Assembly (NCBI GenBank): GCA_963662465.1
Contig: OY759599.1
Span: forward strand, 5,824,001-5,888,000
Origin: Desulfatiglandales bacterium
GTDB taxonomy: Bacteria; Desulfobacterota; DSM-4660; Desulfatiglandales; Desulfatiglandaceae
DNA length: 64,000 nt
Reading direction: 5' to 3'
How positions within the stretch are numbered: the first letter of the stretch is position 1; the number at the start of each line of letters is the position of its first letter. The translations under genes and the position numbers were made by a program. Below, piece by piece: positions 59,875 to 64,000 of this stretch. The notes beneath the pieces were generated by a model, which ran no database searches, was not told the origin of the DNA, and saw only the letters and a program-made list of their open reading frames with translations.

Positions 59875-60805
59875 ATCTTTCAAGGATGACCTGGCGGCCT
59901 TTGAAGAACGCAAACCCCATCTGTTGTTGCGGGCTCGGATGGTTCAGAGTCTTCGGGAATTTTTCATCACCCGGGGATACCTGGAAATCGAAACGCCTCA
60001 GCTGATATCCGCGCCTGCCCCGGAAACCCATATCGAATCCATTCCCGTCCGCGACCGCTATCTGCATTCGTCCCCGGAACTGTGTATGAAACGCCTGCTG
60101 GCCTTTGGTTTTCCCAAAATATTTCAAATTGCCAGATGTTTCAGGGACGGTGAAAGGGGCGGTTTCCATCTTCCCGAATTCTCCCTGCTGGAATGGTACC
60201 GGACAAAGATCGACTATCACGCACTCATGGCAGAGTGTGAAGCGCTGGTCCTCTTTTTGTCTCACCGGTTTGATATGGGAACCCGTCTCCGATACCGGGG
60301 CGTGGATATCGATCTGAATCGACCCTGGGAAAGGATTTCCGTTCAAACCGCCTTTGATCGATATGCTTCCGTTTCCCTGGATCAGGCGATGAATAGCGAT
60401 CGCTTTGACCTGGTTATGGTTGAGGAAATCGAACATCATCTGGGAGTTACGACCCCTACCTTTCTCTATGATTATCCGGCGCCCCTGGCGGCGCTGGCGC
60501 GATTGAAACCGGAGGATCACTCCCTTGCGGAACGGTTTGAACTCTATGTGGCAGGCGTTGAACTGGCCAACGGTTTTTCTGAACTGAACGACGCCCGTGA
60601 GCAGAGGGCGCGGTTTGAAACGGCGCTTCAAGAAAGGGCGCTATTGGGAAAAGGCATTTCTCCCATGCCGGAGCGATTTTTGACAGCCTTGAAACACATG
60701 CCCAATGCCGCCGGGATTGCCCTGGGGGTGGATCGTCTGGCGATGATGCTTTCCGGCGCCGACAGCATTGACCAGGTGGTGGCTTTTACGCCGGAGGAAG
60801 TGTAG
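59852..60805 (+). CDS. epmA: EF-P lysine aminoacylase
   Basis: EIETP, YLHSSPELCMKRLL, FRDGE..HLPEF, ERFELY..ELANGFSEL, GIALGVDRL; adjacent to efp. Confidence 0.92.
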   Translation: MSHGSRNRSFKDDLAAFEERKPHLLLRARMVQSLREFFITRGYLEIETPQLISAPAPETHIESIPVRDRYLHSSPELCMKRLLAFGFPKIFQIARCFRDGERGGFHLPEFSLLEWYRTKIDYHALMAECEALVLFLSHRFDMGTRLRYRGVDIDLNRPWERISVQTAFDRYASVSLDQAMNSDRFDLVMVEEIEHHLGVTTPTFLYDYPAPLAALARLKPEDHSLAERFELYVAGVELANGFSELNDAREQRARFETALQERALLGKGISPMPERFLTALKHMPNAAGIALGVDRLAMMLSGADSIDQVVAFTPEEV

Positions 60806-61142
60806 CCTGGAAGATTGCTAATTTCAGATTACACCAAAAAGGGAATGGGCGAAAGATTTTTCGCTCCAATGGTGTTTCCGGCATCCATCGTGGATATAAG
60901 GCGGGGCAGTTTCTCATTTGTTTGAACCTTGATTTTTTATTCACGCTGCCGGCATCGTCAAGGCAATCAGGAACATCCTTTTTAATCATGGTTCAAAACG
61001 ATACTGTATGGTTGGGCTTCACATCTCAACAAAAATATTCGGCATCCTTCATTTTCCAGTTTACACTTTTGTCCCCATGCATCTCGTTTCCAAGAATGAA
61101 ACTCCGCTGTGAGAGCGGTGTCCCGCCGCGACAGTCGAGGCT

Positions 61143-61170
61143 GTAGAGACAAGGCATGCCTTGTCTCTAC
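61143..61170. repeat. Perfect GTAG-type REP palindrome
   Basis: GTAGAGACAAGGCATGCCTTGTCTCTAC is self-complementary. Confidence 0.85.
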
Positions 61171-61192
61171 TCACAGCAGGCGCCTGCGATGT

Positions 61193-61301
61193 ATTTTTAT
61201 GGTAAACCCTCATGGCAAGGGGGTTTGCCACCCTGCGGATGAAAATGGCGGCAGAACCCATAGCCCATCTCCTATGGCCTATCGCCTGTTTTCATGGAAA
61301 A
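61193..61301. repeat. Third copy of the ~54-bp repeat, heptamer cargo and a further partial end
   Basis: ATTTTTATGGTAAACCCTCATGGCAAGGGGGTTTGCCACCCTGCGGATGAAAAT; CCATAGC-type heptamers; GTTTTCATGGAAAA at 61288. Confidence 0.75.
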
Positions 61302-61450
61302 AATCCGGAAGGTTTTCGATCCGCCTCTTGACAGGTAGTTTTCGATATCTCCTCCGGCAAATTTTTGGTCCCCGAAACCCTGACAACCCGTCCGGGAGAG
61401 CGGGACTGGTGTGAATCACGACCGTTGGAGAGTATCCTCGTTCTTACGCA

Positions 61451-61966
61451 CTACACTCCCTCGTTCCCACGCTCTGCGTGGGAACGAGAGGAAGAGCCGA
61501 ATGTCTTGTGTACCTTCTCTAAATTTGCCATCTTCTCCAACAGCCTTGATTTACACCCGAGCGGGACGTCCACAGGCCTGGCTTGAACGGCATTTGAATG
61601 TTTCTCGGCGGGCGCGGCAAAAACAGTTGTATCGTTACGTGGAAAGATCTCGGCCTTTTTGACGGAAGTATTCTTTCGAATTGTCACATGTTCGGCAACC
61701 GAGGGCCTTTCTTTGACGATTTCGCAATACAAAGAAACGGTATCCAAGGCTTATCTGATTTGATAATCTTTCTGTTTTTTCTGATGGAGTTTTTCGATAA
61801 AATGACTGAGGCTTTCATGTTTTGAGACCGGATGATGATATTTTTGTCAAAAATCCCAGTAAAATCGAAGCCATTTTTTGTAATATGCCTGAAATCGCTT
61901 TTGAACGGGTTTCCGATCGAGAAAATCCTGAAAACGCGTTATGATGTCTGGTGGAACTGGAATTAT
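61451..61966 (-). pseudogene. Disrupted, truncated N-terminus of a probable integron-type tyrosine recombinase
   Basis: GGAGG RBS followed by ATA; one frame reads IPVPPDIITRFQDFL..YYKKWLRFYWDF*QKYHHP..LSHFIEKL..QIR*ALDTVSLY with two in-frame stops (61847, 61751); resembles the extended N-terminal domain of deltaproteobacterial IntI from memory; no catalytic domain. Confidence 0.55.
61460..61488. repeat. REP-like palindrome
   Basis: CTCGTTCCCACGC-TCT-GCGTGGGAACGAG. Confidence 0.8.
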
Positions 61967-62110
61967 GATATGCCCTCCTATTAGACGTTCAATATCAAAA
62001 ATACGCATATTATACAGCCCGCATACACCATACCATTTATCTTTTTCGATAATAATTTCATGTCGGCTTTCAACCGGCAAATCATAATGAGCCTCAGAGA
62101 AAAAGCCGGA

Positions 62111-62330
62111 AATTAGCAATTCTCATTTTGGAATTACGATCTCCTCATTCTGGTTCACACGCTCTATGTTGGAATCCGCCTCTGGTCTATCTGTGTCTAA
62201 GCCATGAATATACCCAATTTAAACCAGTGTTTTTCGAGTTTTCCGCAGGACGCGGAGCGTCCCAAAACTATTCCCACATTAGAACGTATGAACGAGAGCG
62301 AAAGCCAAGTCCTAATGAGAATTCCTAATT
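62111..62330. repeat. Inverted-repeat-bounded element with a degenerate REP pair inside
   Basis: AATTAGCAATTCTCATT at the left, AATGAGAATTCCTAATT at the right; internal GGTTCACACGCTCTATGTTGGAAT ... GGACGCGGAGCGTCC ... ATTCCCAC..GAACGAG related to 61460-61488. Confidence 0.55.
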
Positions 62331-62486
62331 AAATATTTCGCAGAAAATAAAAACATTGACCTTGTGTTTTTCCATCAAATAATTTACAAAATACAGATTT
62401 CAGGGGGAGATTGGTTCGATTTTGTCGGATAATATACGGAAACGGATATTTGATGACAAAAAAAACCGTATAATCACTGGTTGTGC

Positions 62487-63276
62487 TTGCGACACGATGT
62501 CGCATAGTTTGAGTGTATTCATGTAGTTACATGTAGTACCCGGTATGTTCCTACCGGACCCTACGCAGGCATGCTGCCGTTGCGCTGATGACGGGGTGTG
62601 AAGCCCTGCGGACAACGTACCGAATCGGGTTCAAATGGCGACAGGAGAACCCCTCCGGGAATCCTCCCCGGTTAAGGGCTAGGGTCGGATGATATGGTGA
62701 AGGTATCTGAATGTCTTTAAGCGTCGATTACAAGCGAAGGACCTACGAGGATTAATAGATCTTATGCCGCTGCCCAGTGTCAGCGGATGTGGTCAGGTTG
62801 CAGGTCTGTCAACTGCCTGCACGGAACTGTTATACCACCGGCGTAGAGGGCGCACCTAAGTCATCCATTGGATCAACTATGTGGAACGTGGAAACCCGGT
62901 CCCGTCGCCCCTTTTGGGGGCAGGCTAACCGCAAGGCATGCTGTTGGCGGGCCGGAGTAGGAGGCTGAAAAAAGCGAATGCCGGGCCGTAATGGTCCGGA
63001 TACCGGGTGAAACATTCCCGGCTCCGTAAGGAGGCAGACGTTCAGCGCGGTGCCCGATCACGTGAACACCGGAGGAATCAGATGAAAGCGGGGAAAGCAG
63101 CCAGTGAAACGGGCGAATGACGGCCCTTGAGGCTGGTGCGCCCCGTGCGCCTTTGGCTATTCTGACAGCTGGCCTGTAACGTGAAGTGGATGCAAATCTG
63201 CGGGAATCCCCACCAGGGAAACCTTTTCGGGGGCTTGAGCCACGTGAGGTGAAAGTCTCATGCGTGGTTCTGAGGG
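62487..63276 (+). ncRNA. ORF-less group II intron (IIB/CL-like); domain VI not evident
   Basis: 5' TTGCGACACG; GGAACGTGGAAACCCG and AAAAGCGAATGCC internal motifs; 34-nt domain V GAGCCACGTGAGGTGAAAGTCTCATGCGTGGTTC (63237-63270) with AGC triad; no reverse transcriptase ORF. Confidence 0.85.
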
Positions 63277-63306
63277 TAATAGCGGCATAATACACACCTC
63301 CGTACG

Positions 63307-64000
63307 TTATTGAAAATTAAAGACTTGTTGTTTTGAGTTTCTTGAAAGCGGGCTCTTTGGAAGCCCGGAATGAGCTGCCTTTTTTATCACTTCAGATTCA
63401 AGGTCCTTTTTTGAAATGATCCATGGAGCACCGGAACATACTCGCTTGGCGGGTAGAATCTCATGTTGTATAAGTCTCCAAACTTTGGTGCTGCCAATAC
63501 CCAGCCTTTCGCTTGCTTCAGCTACCGTATATTCTTCTCGTCGCTGCCTCTCTCCTTCATGATATACAGGGATATTATGCCTATTTCGAAATGAACGCAA
63601 CCTTACCGGATTCCAGGTATATCCCTTTGTAGTCTTTGTACCCACACGGTTGAGAAAGGCCACGATGTGTTTATCAGGCATAATTCTAGCCAAATCGGAT
63701 ATTATCTTTTTTGTATCAACATCGGTTTTCAATGGGTAACTGGAAGACTTATTCTTCAGTACCTCCAATTCCGTATGCTCACCCCCTTCCCAGTGAATGA
63801 TTAATTTGATCTTTTGCTCTTCCAAATAAACAACGATCTCTTTGATAACCGTCCGGATTATACGCTTCTTTAAATCCAAAGAGCAACACGGATCATTCCA
63901 TACACGAGGTAAATCTTGTGACAGATCTCTGATCTCGGTCTCTTCCTCAGGGGAAAGCGAAGGGGTGTTCGACCCCATAGCGGTAATCTCATTCTCCAAT
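63307..64000 (-). CDS. Large serine recombinase family protein, C-terminal part (N-terminus outside window)
   Basis: DLPRVW..KKRIIRTVIKEIVV..IHWEGG.HT..LNRVG..W...C-terminal HTH (TVAEASERLGI)..APWII; AT-richer than host; catalytic domain not visible. Confidence 0.75.
   Translation of the reverse strand, partial: LENEITAMGSNTPSLSPEEETEIRDLSQDLPRVWNDPCCSLDLKKRIIRTVIKEIVVYLEEQKIKLIIHWEGGEHTELEVLKNKSSSYPLKTDVDTKKIISDLARIMPDKHIVAFLNRVGTKTTKGYTWNPVRLRSFRNRHNIPVYHEGERQRREEYTVAEASERLGIGSTKVWRLIQHEILPAKRVCSGAPWIISKKDLESEVIKKAAHSGLPKSPLSRNSKQQVFNFQ

Noticed and set aside
60786..61060. Toxin-antitoxin remnant (MIKKDVPDCLDD..)
   Set aside because: Only a faint resemblance over a few residues; cannot be supported without a search
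61847..61849. In-frame TGA as selenocysteine
   Set aside because: It falls at a plausible Cys position, but a second TAA stop, a lost start codon and truncation indicate pseudogene decay; no SECIS-like hairpin seen
62069..62486. attC sites or gene cassettes
   Set aside because: No RYYYAAC...GTTRRRY paired structure or cassette ORF found; the palindromes are better explained as REP or MITE derived

Overview
Chromosomal segment of an anaerobic deltaproteobacterium (gene content and style suggest Desulfobacterota; this is inference). It starts with a 269-nt poly-G sequencing artefact. Housekeeping blocks are xseB-ispA-dxs-tlyA, rlmE-yebC-ruvCAB and folE2-purH-like-efp-epmA. There are two branched-chain amino acid (Liv-type) ABC operons, one beside a beta-keto acid cleavage enzyme and one whose LivG ATPase carries a ~135-aa hydrophobic insertion. 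Two signalling operons are present: FIST protein-hybrid kinase-REC/class III cyclase, and REC-PAS kinase-REC/HDOD-REC/HD. There is also an AbfD-like dehydratase next to a GlpA-like oxidoreductase trio. The best candidate for an undescribed system is a ~13-kb minus-strand cluster (13654-26516): TPR protein, PhpK-like cobalamin-dependent radical SAM enzyme, three different ATP-grasp ligases, an oligopeptide ABC importer and an N-formylglutamate amidohydrolase-family enzyme, suggesting ribosome- and NRPS-independent synthesis of a small methylated peptide. The right end holds decayed mobile DNA: a probable integron-integrase pseudogene, an ORF-less group II intron and a large serine recombinase element abutting the intron's domain V. 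Intergenic DNA is full of small repeats: two MITE types with 8-bp target duplications, GTAG-type REPs, a stop-codon-attached hairpin family, heptamer runs and an ATTTTCAT...ATGAAAAT repeat that brackets short cargo. All protein family calls come from motif recognition by eye; no database search was run.
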